From Geosiphon pyriformis uo1 (taxonomy: Eukaryota; Fungi; Glomeromycota): a stretch of 64,000 bases of DNA. The translations under genes were made by a program, and so were the position numbers. Position 1 is the stretch's first letter; the number at the start of each line of letters is the position of its first letter. Location of the stretch: the NCBI GenBank assembly GCA_016748015.1, contig JAAOMT010000161.1, positions 1 through 64,000 of the forward strand, in the 5' to 3' direction. This document shows, in pieces, positions 41,855-55,171 of this stretch. Under the pieces are notes generated by a model. That model was not told the origin of the DNA, did not search any database, and saw nothing but the letters and a program-made list of their open reading frames with translations.

Positions 41855-44800
41855 GTGGTGACCACACCAGACGCAACAACTCTAGAGTATTACCAATCAA
41901 TTTACACCCACTGCAAGCAAAGATTCAACATTCCAGACAGAATTGAAGTTGTCAAAAAATCAGTATACCAATACATTGAAAACCGCATCAACAATTATCT
42001 TTTTGGAAATTATAATATCTCAGAAGTTAGAACCAACCTTTACAATAATTTAGTACACTATTCACAGTTGGGAACTGAAGACCTTAATAGTGAAACACTT
42101 GCCACTTACTTTCACGAACTTAATTTTAACATTATCAAATACTGTGAAGAAACATATCCAGTGCAGTCTCAATACACTATTGATTTTGAATTGGAAACAG
42201 AAACAAGCAACAAAGGCAAAAACAAAATTAAAACAATATTCAAGAACCACCCCAAATACTCCAATACTACCAAAAACAACTGCCAAACATTTACAAACAC
42301 CTGAACAAGGAACCAGTTCAAAACTTCCACTTACTATCACACCTTTTCTAGCTTCACTTGCACAAACACAAACACCTAATTCACCCTTGAATCAATTTGC
42401 AAGACCAGAAGATTTTACATTACTCAGAAGTTCCACCAAACAACAAGAATCCCTTCAAACTAGTTCCAATCTTCTTGATTTTCTAGCTGAAAATCAAAGT
42501 GAACACTCTGAGACAGCAGCAAACGAAGAAAACAACTCTGAAATAACCGAAAAAGAATCAATAGACAGTGAAAATGAAGAAAACAAAATGACAACATACA
42601 TCGCAAAAATCCCTGAATTCAATGGAGAAGATATTGAGACCAGTCTCCAAGAATGGCTTGACCAAGTTACTAAAGCTGGAGATGCAAATGGATGGAACGC
42701 TGCCAGAATGTTAAGAACAATTCCCTACTTTCTCAAAGGAACAGCAGGAGAATGGTTTGAAAACCTTGCCGCCCCATTGAATGATTGGAATGCTTTCAAA
42801 ACAGCCTTTCTTGAACAGTTCACTGACAATAATACCTCTATCACTCTTCGCAATCGTTTTCGAAATATCAAACAAGAACCCTCCGAATCCGTTATGACTT
42901 ATATTGGGAAATTCAACAAACTTCTCAGACGGATTTGCCAACTCGAGACAAACGATTATTATTCCGATGCTCAAATCTTGGATCAATTTATCGCTGGTCT
43001 AAAAGATAAACTAATTAAAAAGGTTCGCCCACATGCGCCAGAAGATTTAAACTCTACAATACAGCACGCGAAAAGATACGAAATGGCCATAGAAGAAGCC
43101 AATTGTACAAAACTTGTAAATTTGGCAATTGGAGAAACCAGCTCAGCAGCTGAGAAAAAAATTGACCAACTCACAAAGAAGGTCGAAAACTATTTTACCA
43201 ACCAACAACAACAACCCCAAAGACAAAATCAAAATAACTTTGCACTACTTTCCAATAACCAGCCCCAAAATTGCCATTACTGTGGAATCTCTGGCCACTG
43301 GAAAAGAAATTGCAGAAAGCTGCAACAAGACCAACAAAATAGGGGTAATCAACGTTACTCTCCACCACAGCAATCTTATTATCAACCATTACTACCAGTT
43401 TACTATCCACTAAGACCCCAATACTAAAATAACTATTATCAGCCCGCCCTACAACCAATCCAACAGCAATACCAACAACCACCTACACAACATTATTAAG
43501 TACCTGCTCGAAGACTGATTACACAAAATCAATTCACACCACAAAACCGATACCAAGTAAACAACAGTAGAATCAGTTCGAACAACCAATTGGTTCTCCG
43601 AAATACCACTCAATCAAGACCCAACCATTACCACACTCAACCCAGTTATTTAACAATGCCGGAAGAACAGGATTTTCACCATACTGTACTCTTGGAAGGT
43701 AGAGCTGCAGCACAACAACAACAAAACCCTTCTCATAACCACACCACTATTCCACCAGCCCGAATTGCTGAAAATGCCAATCTCTCTGATATCTTTCCTT
43801 TTGAATTTGAAGCAAATGAATTACCATTCTTGCTTAGCAATGCAGCGGCTAATGAGCAAAAAGCCATCACTGCAATGTACGCAAAAGCTGAAGTAGAAGG
43901 AAAGCCAATTCGCTTGATCCTAGACAGTGGATCTGCCGGAAGCATTATTACCTACCAGTTAATGCAACAGTTGAAAAGAAATGTTGACTGACCAGCTCAA
44001 ACAGTAATCATCACTGCTGATGGCATGAAAAAGACACCAGTAGAAGAAATTGACAATTTTCCATTTACTCTTGATGGAATTACCATTCCAGTCAAAGTTC
44101 TTGTAATGGACGCACCCCAGTACCAAGCTCTCGCCGGAAATGATTGGCTTCAAAAAGCCAATGCTAATCTGAATTGGGAAACACAAGAGTTAACAATCTC
44201 TTACCAAAAACAACACGCCCAGGTACCTGCCATTTGTGGTACATTCAACAAACGCTCTGAAAAAGCCCCAGCTTTTGAATTTGAACCAAAAGAAGAAAAA
44301 CCAATAATCAAAACATTCATGGCTCTTGGATCAACGTCCAACTGGGCCGATGAAACAGAACAAGAACATTTTTCCCCACACACTAAACCCAAAACCTCTG
44401 GATGGAATATACCTTACTCAAAACCCAAACCAAGAAAACAACGCCCCTATATTCCCCTTAAATATAAGGACTGCCACAAGAAACTATCATCAATGGAAGC
44501 CTGCATTTCACCTGAAGAAGAATATGAGAATCATACTTGTTATTACTGCAAGGCTTGCCACAGAGAGTGATGGGGCCATCTAATAAAAAGGAGTGGAAAA
44601 TGGGACAACACTGCTTGTTTGACTTGTGGAGATATGCTACTGGAAGAATGCAATTGGATTGATATAGCAATGAGAGGAGGCGTCTGCGATCAGAGCTGTC
44701 AATATGCCTTATCAATTTCAGAAAAAGTAAAAAGAGGAACACTCTTTAATGCAGCATACAACAGTGCTTTCAACAAACTTTATCACTATTCTTATGATGC

Positions 44801-45341
44801 CGAGATGATTTTCGACTTAGCAATGGCATTAATTAATAGAGCTACCAAAGAAGATGTTTGTCAAATAAAGAAAGCAGAATACATTGAATACACTATGGAA
44901 TTAGCTGGATTTGATTACGAAGATAAAGTAGAAGTCTATCACCAAATTGCAAGTCACACCTACTCAATCCAAGAAGCTCAAATTCAACGATTAGAGCAAA
45001 TGAACATTAGGCTATGTGAAGAATGCATTATGCTTTGTGATGAACAATGGTGTCCCGAATGCTATGCTCTTAGTATCCCCTTGCCCAGCAAAAATGATGA
45101 GAATGAAATTGAATTTGGAGAACCTGAAGAAACGGAAGAAATTAAAACAACACCCATCTACCTTATTAAAAATCAGCCTGCCTTATAACTTAAATACTTC
45201 AACAACAACGGACAAGGAATAAAACCTAAAAAAGCACACGAAATTGATGCTGGATATGACCTAAGATATCCAGGCAAGGATACTCTTGTTCTCAAACCCA
45301 AATCTCTCACAAAAATCAACCTCAAAATTGCACTTGAAATC
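41855..45341 (+). pseudogene. gag-PR-Cys-rich-dUTPase (partial) of gypsy copy 2
   Basis: Collinear with 3303-6806; +1 frameshift in an A-run near 42225; CHYCGISGHWKRNC, LILDSGSAG. Confidence 0.92.
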
Positions 45342-45806
45342 NNNNNNNNNNNNNNNNNNNNNNNNNNNNNNNNNNNNNNNNNNNNNNNNNNNNNNNNNNN
45401 NNNNNNNNNNNNNNNNNNNNNNNNNNNNNNNNNNNNNNNNNNNNNNNNNNNNNNNNNNNNNNNNNNNNNNNNNNNNNNNNNNNNNNNNNNNNNNNNNNNN
45501 NNNNNNNNNNNNNNNNNNNNNNNNNNNNNNNNNNNNNNNNNNNNNNNNNNNNNNNNNNNNNNNNNNNNNNNNNNNNNNNNNNNNNNNNNNNNNNNNNNNN
45601 NNNNNNNNNNNNNNNNNNNNNNNNNNNNNNNNNNNNNNNNNNNNNNNNNNNNNNNNNNNNNNNNNNNNNNNNNNNNNNNNNNNNNNNNNNNNNNNNNNNN
45701 NNNNNNNNNNNNNNNNNNNNNNNNNNNNNNNNNNNNNNNNNNNNNNNNNNNNNNNNNNNNNNNNNNNNNNNNNNNNNNNNNNNNNNNNNNNNNNNNNNNN
45801 NNNCTA

Positions 45807-46484
45807 ATGTTAGCTTTAAAAACAATACCCGAATTATCTATTACTGTTACTGGAAACCACATTAATTATACCCAAACAGAAGTAGTTACAAATTTAGCCC
45901 CAAACTCACGAAAATATTACCCATATAAAAAAAACACAAGAAGTTATACTGGAATTCATCTGCCAGAACTTTTAAAGCTTGCTTTAAGAGAAAACTTAAT
46001 GCTCACTCCAATTAGTATTCCACCAAATGCTACAATTCAACAAAAACTTCAACTGTGTCTCAATGAGGAAAACACTGAATATCCTCCAATCTATAGATAT
46101 TTTGACATTGGAAAAACACTCTACGAACGGAAACTGGAACTTATAACAGCAAACCTTACAAAAGAAGCTATTCAGAAACAACTCCACAACAAATTCAAGA
46201 CAACAGCTGGATCAACAAACAGTCACTACAGGCTTAGAGCCACTCTTAGACTTTATGACCTATTTTACACCTGTGAAAATGTACTACAAAACCCAATTTT
46301 TCAACCTTTGAAGATTCAATACATTGGAAAGCTCACAGAACTGAAATTTCAACAATTTTCAGACCAAATTTCTTCAATAATTTTGGATTATTATCTGGAA
46401 AAAACAGACAGTACTTGGACTTTGACAGAGCTTAGTCTTGAGGAGGAGGTTATATTACCAGACAAAATTAGAGATATTATTTAG
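45807..46484 (+). CDS. ORF3 of gypsy copy 2, open frame (the first ~13 codons fall in the gap)
   Basis: 225 uninterrupted codons, near-identical to 10481-11200. Confidence 0.8.
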   Translation: MLALKTIPELSITVTGNHINYTQTEVVTNLAPNSRKYYPYKKNTRSYTGIHLPELLKLALRENLMLTPISIPPNATIQQKLQLCLNEENTEYPPIYRYFDIGKTLYERKLELITANLTKEAIQKQLHNKFKTTAGSTNSHYRLRATLRLYDLFYTCENVLQNPIFQPLKIQYIGKLTELKFQQFSDQISSIILDYYLEKTDSTWTLTELSLEEEVILPDKIRDII

Positions 46485-49299
46485 CATAAAATTATCTTAT
46501 AATTCCTATCATTAATTAGCATATATTATCATTTTAAATGATCACTTATTATATTAGCAAAAATGTCCGAAATTATCATTTAATTAATAACCCAAATTGT
46601 ACACAACACCAATGTAACCTAATTGTGATGATCAATCATGCAATACTCCAAACTATGTAACATTCAAAAAGTTCGCCAAAATTTGTAAAAATTCGCTGAA
46701 ATAATTAATAGTTCACCGAAATATCTAATAGTTCGCCAAAATAACTTATAGTTTGCCGAAATGTATCTTTAGTTCAGCGAAATTGTAGAAAATAGCAAAG
46801 TTTGAGTTCATAGAATAGTGTTACGACAAGTTGTATAAAAGAAGAGCTTCTCTCTTTGAGAAAATGTATCTTACTTTAGATTTATCTTCTACAAACCATT
46901 TCTATACACACAAAAAGAAATAAATATCAAATAATTTGAAAAACCAAATTCTCTAAATTATTGTACTTGGAAAATTCCCAAAACCCAACTAACATTTCGA
47001 AATTGATTAGCTACCAATTTCAGTAAACTGTTAGTGACTCCAGGCCTGGATAGAAAACGTTTCCCTTGACAAAATTCTATTTCTTTTACATTTCTTTTAT
47101 TTTCTTTTATTTTTCTTATTACAATTATTAGGGTAGTCTACAGACAAGATTTCTGTAGAAGAGTTGACTTTCACAGCAAAGTAACTACACATTTTTAGTG
47201 AGCTTCCAGACGAACAATTCCTGGGAAAGAGTTGACATTTACTACAATGTAACTACATAAAGTAACTGGCAAGGAATTGGCCATTCCACTTATAAGCCCA
47301 GCAGTTCAAATTATAGGAAATAATTTGAAGATAAATTCAGTTACTGGAGGTTCAACCACATCCAGAAAACGTGAATTCACAGCAAATAAGTATCAACAAC
47401 ATTACAGAAAAGAGACCAAAAATCTCCAGTAACATCGTATTAGGGTCAACTTTTCAAATAATTTTTTGGCTGGTGTGGTCCGTATTTTTTCTGATTTGGA
47501 TTTGTCTTTGGGCAGCTCAGTGGCCAATGTCTTTTGCCTTGTGTCTGGTACTCCTTTGTCTCTTGTGCTTGGTGATAAGATGTTTTTCAAGTGTGTTTCT
47601 TTACTCCGCTGGTATGGTATTGCATTTGTGGAACAACTTCGAGACCATAATGGTGCTGTTTTTAGTTGGTTGGCCTTCAAGCAGTAGAAAAAGTTGGACC
47701 CCCATGGTCTGGTTCCATTTTGGTATGATACTACTGTTCGCTTTATTACAAATATGATCTCTTTTTCTATTGGTCTGCTGTTCTTAGATGGTAGTGCATC
47801 TCATGACATTCTTTGGTCTTGTGAGTTTGGTGTGGTCAGTTCTGGTCTGTTGAATGCTAATTCTAATTGTCTTTCTGTGTATACGAATGATTCTTTGTGT
47901 GGGCTGGGGACTCGTAATATGAAAGCTGGTGCTGCAGTGTTTTTTGAGAACATTAATTTGGGTTTGGGTGTGAGTGTGTCTGGCTTGGTCTCTTCTACGT
48001 TGGCCGAATTACAGGCCATTACTCTGGCTCTTGAGTGTGTTCCTTTTCTTAGTTCTGTTGATTTGTTCTCAGACAGTCAGGCTGCTTTGAATGCATGTGT
48101 GTCAGAATTTGTTTTGTTTCATCCAGATTTCAGAAATCGGTGCTGGATTGAATGCCACCATATTGCTAACATCATTTGTCATAAACAGTTGGACATAAAT
48201 TGGGTTAAAGTCAAAGATCATTCTGGCATTATGGGCAATGAGTGTGCTGATAAGTTTGCTAAGGCTGCTGCTTTTTCTGACTTTTGCCTGCCTCCTTCAA
48301 TTGATGAATGGTTTCTAAAAGCTGGTAGTACTATGGTTTCTGGTAGTTCTAGACACTTTGTTCGTAATGTTTTCTGATCAGTTTATTGTGTGGGTTGGGA
48401 AGTGGGTTCAGGCTCTTAGGTTATATTGAGTAACTTGTGTTCAGACGTGGATTAGTTTAGATCTTCTTTGGTGTGGCATCTGGATTTTCATTTGGCTGCT
48501 GGTTTTACCAGTAAACATACTGTCAACTGTCGAACATATTTCATGAAAACGTTGCATCACCAGCTTCCTGTAGCTGTGCGCAAACATTTGTATAATAGGT
48601 ACTATTCCAGCATGATATGTCTTTATTGTGGTAATGTTAAGGTCTCTGACCATGTGTTTTCTTGCCCATCTGATGCTTCTGCCCACACTCAGTTGGTTGA
48701 TGTTTATCTATCTGCTTGGGAGACTTACACTGGTTTTTCTTATTCTTCTTCGTGTGTCTCATAGTTGTTGTCAAATTGTGTTTCTGGTGCTACAGTTGGC
48801 ACGGCTCTGTGTAAAGGTTTTGTTTTTAATGATTGGTACCATGAATCAGTTGCTGTTTTTAAGGATTCCAAAGTGGCAGCTCTAACCGTTGTAGACTTTG
48901 TGCATAAATTTTGTCTTGCTTTTTGGGAGGAGATTTGGCTGGTTCGTGCCAGACACAGGTCTCTTATGAAGAGAAATGGTTTAATTCTATGTGATGGTTC
49001 TCTCCCTCTCCTTGTTATAAGCCCCTCTAAGTTACTTTCAGCTGGTGTGGTTAAGTTATTAGGTGTCACTGATGTCTTTGGTATTAGCTTTGGATTTCAT
49101 AAATCTTGTCTGTTTTTTTCTGATGTAGGTAATATGGTTTCTGTTCATATAGGTGTCTAGTGTTGTTCTGATTAGCTTGAATGGCTGGTTACGTGTAGAA
49201 AATACATAATTCACATCTAGTTTAGATTATTTGCATGATGTATAGTACTAGGTAGTGTTTGGACTTCACTTGTTAAAAATGTAAAAAAAAAATATATCA

Positions 49300-52200
49300 A
49301 AAACTTTACCAAAAATTTTTTTATATTATTTAATAAATACAATTTAATTATTACTTATTATAATACAAATAAATAATATTTAACTATGAATTTTTAATTT
49401 ATTTATATATATTAAATAGTAATTAAACCATATTTATTAAATATTTAATAATAATAAAATAATACAAAAAAAATTTTCTTTCTAATTTTAGAATTATAAC
49501 TAAAGCAAAGAATAAAAAAGCTTTAAACATTATTTTTTTTATAGTAATTAATAAAGTTTTAATAATAAAAAGCTGTCTTTAACAGTTTTTAAAGTATTTT
49601 TTATCTTTGACAAATAGTTTTTTTCTAATTAAAGTTTTTCTTAAAAAACACACTTAGATCAGTTTTAATATTGTTTTTATTTTCTTTAAAAATTCTAAAG
49701 TTTTTAACAATAAACTGATTAATAAACTGATTTTTTTTGTTTTTATTACTATTATTATTACTATTTTATAAATAGCCAAAAAAATCAAAAAATCAAAAAA
49801 ACAGCAACAATTGTTTAAATTTGCTATTGTTATATTAAAATTTTTTATAATTCTAAATAAGATTTTAAAAAAAAAATTTTAACAACAGTTAGCTCTTTTT
49901 CTAATATAAACAACAATAATAATAACATATTTTTCAAGATAAACTAAGATTAATAATTAATTATATTTATCAAATATAATATTATTTGACAAATTTTTAC
50001 TGATTTTTAAACCAAAACTACTTATTAGATTATTTAATCTTAAAAATTAGACTAATTAAATAGAAACAAAATCAATTTTTTTTTTGTTTTTTGATACTTG
50101 AAAACCAATTTTCAGTTATTAAAGGTTTTTTAAATAGGTAACTTTTATATTAATACTTAATATTATATTTAAAATTATATTAGTTTTAGTTAATTTTTTG
50201 TTTAAACTGCTGTCTAATTTTATTAAACTTAAGTTGTTTTGTGTAAATTTTACTTCTAAGTTTTTTTGATTGCTGTTATTAATATTATTATTAATAGTTT
50301 TTTTTTAATTATACTTAAACTGTTAAGTTTTTTGTAATGACTTTTGGTTTTTTTTTTACTTCTGTTATATTTTGTATTATTTTTTTTAATACATTTTTTA
50401 ATAATATTAAAAATATTTTTGGTGTTTTTAATGTGATAAATTAAAGCCTATTGGTTTATAATAATATGTTATTATTAGTTTTAAAAATTTTTTTTTTGCT
50501 GCTGTTGTTTTTAGTAACTATTTTGTATTAATAAAAAAAACAATATTAAAATTTTTCTATTGTTTAACCAAAAAAAATTGTAATTTTAAGAAATACTTTT
50601 AAAATCAAATTAATCAATTTTTTTAATTATATTGTTTTTATAATTAATAATTTGATTTTTTGGATTGGTGGCCATATTTGTTTTATTTTTTATTTTTCTT
50701 ATTCTTATTATTATTAATGCTTTGCTGTTATAATATTTAAGTCTTATAAATCTTTAAATTTGGTTGTTGTAAAGACTAATATTTTATATTAATATTGTAT
50801 TTAGTAAAAACTTTTTAAATATTATTGTTGTTACAAAAATTAAAGCTTAGATTATTTATTTGTTAATTATAAAGTATTACTATCATTTTTCAAGTTTTTT
50901 GTCAAATTTTTTAATAACTTTAAGTTTTTTGTTTTATTTTTTATTAATAAGAAATTTTATATTTAAATTTCTGTTTTTTTAGTTTTTTTTTTACTGTTTT
51001 TATGGTTATACTTATTGTTAATTTTATGATTAAGTTAAAATTGAATTCTTTAAAATCTCAAATTTTGAATTTGGCTTTTTTGATTAAATTTGTTATTAAG
51101 CTAATTAATGTTTTAATTATATTAATTATCTCTCTTTTGAACATTTTTTTTGTAGTATATGTTAAAATTAGGAATGTTATTTATAAAATTAAAAATCAGA
51201 TTTTTGTTTTTAATAAATATTTATACAAGATTAATTTTAACTTGTTTAAAGTTAAATATAAATACAATAATAATGACAAGTAAGTAATTTATTAAGTAAA
51301 AAAACTTTTGTTAATTTAATAAAGCTTTAAAAACTTTAATCTTTTAAAGTTAAGCAAAATATAAATAAAACTGCTAAGTAATTAAATAGTATTATTATAA
51401 GTAATAAAATTTTAATTATTATTATACATAAAATATTTTTTTAAGATAGGTTTTTATTTATAAATTTAATTTAGTAGATTGAATTTATGTCTAATTTTAT
51501 GTAAAATATGTATAATTTATATCTAATTTAAAATACTTTTAAAGATTATATTGTATTAGATTGGTATTTAAATTTATATATTAAATAAATAATAATAATA
51601 ATAATAATACAATAACAAAAAATTTCAAAATAAATATAATTTTTTTTTATATATAACTAATTACTTAATTTAATTAAAACAATATTATATAATTATAATA
51701 TTAATTATATTAATAAGTTTACAAATTTTTTTAAAAAACAATTATAAATTAATAATTAAACCAAAATTAATACAAAGTTTTTTAATAATTATTATTTTTA
51801 TAATATAATCAAATATATACAAAAAAATATAATTAAAATTTTAATATCAATTATATTAAAAGCAAATTATACTTAAATATTTAAAATTAAAAAGTTTTTT
51901 CTAATAATAATTAATAATTTCTTATAAAAAACTTTATAAAATAATTTAAAGACCAAAAATAATATTATTAAATAAATTATTTACATATAATTATTAAAAT
52001 ATTACATTAAAATTATTATTAACATATTTGGCTCTTTTATTAAAAACTTATTAATAAATTTATTAACACAATTAAATTTTTATTTTACAAAACCAACTAA
52101 ATTAAATAAATTTTTTATGTATTAATAAATATTTTTAAAAATTTTATTATTTGCCAAAAAAAATTTTATATTAATTAACAACGTAAACTTTAAAATTATA

Positions 52201-53090
52201 TATTTGTAAATATCTTAATATAATTATTATTTTATAATTTTTAAGTAATTTTATTTAAACAGACTTTTTTTAAATTGGTTTTGTTTATTTTAAAGTGGTA
52301 AAAATTAAACAAATATTAATAATATAATAAAAACAATATAAATAAACTTTTATTAATAAAATTACTTATTTTAATTTTATTATAGAACTAAATTACATAA
52401 AACTAAACTATTAAAATTAAGTTTTTTTTAATAACAAAAATTTTTTTAATTAAAATAAAAGTCTTAATTATTTAATAATTAATTAACAAATAAAAACAAT
52501 AACAAACTTTATAAAAAATTAAATTATATTATAATAAGTTAATTAATTTAAAATCTTTTAAAATAAAAATTTTTTTTTTAAAATAAAAAAATCTTAATTA
52601 TATTAACCAAAAAATTGTTCAAAAAATTAACAAATAACTTAAAAAAAAATTGAAATAAATTATATAATATTATTATTTATAAAATAATACAAAAAATAAG
52701 TAATAATTAAAATATAACATAAATTATTTAATAATATAATAAAAATTATTAGATTATATAATACCAAAAATACCAAAAAAAATTTCAGAAATTTCAAAAA
52801 CACTAAAAATACCAAAAATTTCAGAAATTTAAAAATTATTAAGAATTTCAAAAATTTTGTTTTATAAAAATTTATATATATATATAATAATAAATTTATT
52901 ACGTAATTTTAATAATTAAAAATTTAATATTTAAAATAAATACTTTTTTAATAAAATTATTATTTAAATTATTTATTATTTTAATTTTATAAATTTTTAT
53001 TTATTTTATTAAATTTACTTATTTTAATTAATATGAATAATATTAAAACAATTATTATTATTATTATGTTTAATGAGTATGATAATAATA
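49300..53090. other. Extremely AT-rich tract, probably eroded retroelement(s)
   Basis: Strand-skewed, CpG-poor sequence. A decayed tandem array plus TATA run at ~52760-52890 resembles an LTR U3. Confidence 0.5.
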
Positions 53091-53224
53091 ATAAACTTTT
53101 TTCTCTCATCGATCCCTTAATTATAGTGAAAGCAAAAAGTAAATCAATAAAATAGCCTTCTCTTTCTTCTTTTTCCCCCTTTCATCTTAAAGTTATTTCT
53201 TTCAATACACTTCTTTTTGTTAAT

Positions 53225-55171
53225 ATGGAACCAACAGGCTCTTCAGCTGGTGATTCAGGTTCTGTTTTGACAGATTTAAGGATCTGTTCTAGTGTTAAAT
53301 CTAAACATTTGGCGAGTGTTCACTCGTGTGGTGTATCCTACAAGAAATCTAAGAAGCCTGCTGCTGTTGGTGGTGTGATCAATACGTCTACTGGCCCTCT
53401 TAGCTTAGAAGATTTGGGTGAAGCTAGTACCAAACCTGTGGTGTCCTGGGATAGTGATGTCAGTAGTATAGTGAGCAGTATGAGCGGTCTTTCAAATACG
53501 GAAAATATGATGAACTTAGTAGCTGAAAAAACAAGTTACATAGAATCTGGTAAAGACAACGACATGGACGAAGCTATGCCAAAGAAAACATGCACCAGGA
53601 CATACACTCTAAGCAACCTGATGAAGCAACCCCTTTTCAACAATGTAAGTAATGATGATAGTGTGCTGGAGTTTTTTCTTCGCATGCTTAGTGGTTCCAA
53701 TCAATTACCACCATTCATGTCACATGTCTTGAAAACACAAAGTTTTGATTTGATGAAGTCTTTCGCACTTAATATTGAACTTTCTGTGATGTCTGGCAAA
53801 TTAGTTAGTGACAAGTTAATTGCAGTAAAAAAAATTTTCTATCAAATTGATGATTTTGAGGGGGTGTCAACTCCCTCAAAATTTCCTGGGATCATCAGAT
53901 CTTCATTTACTTCTGAGAATAGCTTGATAAAGGCAAGGAAGATGGCAGTCAGTGAGAAAATCTTGGTTAATAATGATGTTAAAAAAGCAAACAGCCATTC
54001 AGATCGGGAGGTGATTGTCAAGGAGATCCCAGTAGATCTTCTCAAATCGGCAATAAAATCAGTTTTTTCTAAATTTGGTGAGATTGTGTCCATCAAGATG
54101 CAGCTGATTGGTCTTTAGCAAAAGGTCCTGGTTGAATTTAAATTATCTGAAGTAGCTAGCCTGGTTGTATCCGAGTGGTCAGTTTTCATGAGAAAGGATT
54201 CAGTGCATGTAGCTTTGGCAATTGGTGATAAACAAACATGGGTATTGAGAGATCAGCATCAGGCATTGCTTTATACTCTTCTAGTTGGCACTACTGCCCA
54301 TGATCTTTCTAATTTGTTGAATTTTTATGGTGGGAAAACCTGCATAGTTGGCCATAATCTGGTTATGTATGTTTGAGATAGGTGCACTGTCATTTGTTTT
54401 GCAGATGAAGCTTCCAAGTTGGCTGCAATTAGTTCAGTTCTGATCTTTAAGGGTGTGAGTTTGCATTGGGCTGGTTTTTTTTTGGCCTGTTGTGCTATGT
54501 GTAAACATTTCAGTTATGTTTTAGATATGTGCTCTGTGAGTGGGAATTCTGGGAGACATGATAGACGTGTGATTACTCCTCAAAATCAGGCCTGTTTGGC
54601 TGACATTTATAAAAAGAGACAGGTGCCAATTGCTCATCCAGTTTTTTTTGGTGGTAAAACTTGGGCTCAGGTGGCTGGTGGATCTCTTTTTCATGTGGTT
54701 CCCTTGGTTGTTTCTGGTGCAAAGTTGTTTTCAAATGTCAAGAGTCTCTCAATAGATTCTGATTCTCTCGTGGTCGCAGGTCTGAATAATTGCTTAATGT
54801 CCTTGAAATGCTCTTTGGAACTCTTGGCCAACCAGGTTTTTGGCATCTTGAAAAGATTGAGCTCTGCTGAATTGGTGCCTTTGTCTTTTGCTTCACTAGC
54901 TTCCCTTCCTGTCATCTCTGCTTCTCTGGATTTGAGTGCAAACTTGAACATGGTGTTGGATGCTCCACAGGTTTTTTTTTCTCCTCCCGTCACAGTCATT
55001 GACAATGCAGCTTCTGATTTTGGTTCTAATAGTTCAAAAATTCTGACCACCAAAGTTGGTGGTTTGGAATCGAAAATGATGGCTTTAGATGCAGTAGTTG
55101 GTACAGTTTTGGCTAGATTGGATCTTTTGTGCTCTGGGTTGGGTTCGTCATCTGTTTTTTTATCTCAATAA
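53225..55171 (+). pseudogene. LINE-3 ORF1
   Basis: One frame with internal stops; EVIVKEIPVDL, CAMCKHFSYVLDMC, TKVGGLESK. Confidence 0.9.

Larger units (their letters stand above)
40827..47434 (+). mobile_element. Ty3/gypsy copy 2 (same family as copy 1), TSD TTGT/TCGT; RT-IN region lies in or is replaced by an N gap
   Basis: LTRs 40827-41809 and 46453-47434, PBS at 41812, Gag-PR-Cys-dUTPase start at 41855-45341, ORF3, PPT. Confidence 0.96.
37861..49160 (+). pseudogene. LINE-2 ORF2: APE, RT, RNase H, C-terminal CCHC (split by gypsy at 40827-47434)
   Basis: WKIATCNVKG, GGDFN, TIDY, DTDH; QNMHKAYDSV, GAFVDN, YLGIF; VYTNDS, AELQAI, FSDSQ, VKDHSG..GNECAD; CLYCG…DHVFSC. Confidence 0.92.
34912..49292 (+). 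mobile_element. LINE copy 2, full length, interrupted by a solo LTR in ORF1 and by gypsy copy 2 in ORF2
   Basis: 5' UTR, ORF1 from 35040, ORF2 37861-49160, 3' UTR homologous to copy 3, poly(A) at ~49283. Reading frames rejoin across both insertions. Confidence 0.94.

Noticed and set aside
34894-49316. Possible ~21-bp TSD of LINE-2 (ATATCAAAAA…CAAAAA)
   Set aside because: Several mismatches in low-complexity A-rich sequence; not distinguishable from chance.
51002-52851. I/L/K/F/N-rich ORFs in the AT desert
   Set aside because: Compositional artefacts of very AT-rich DNA.
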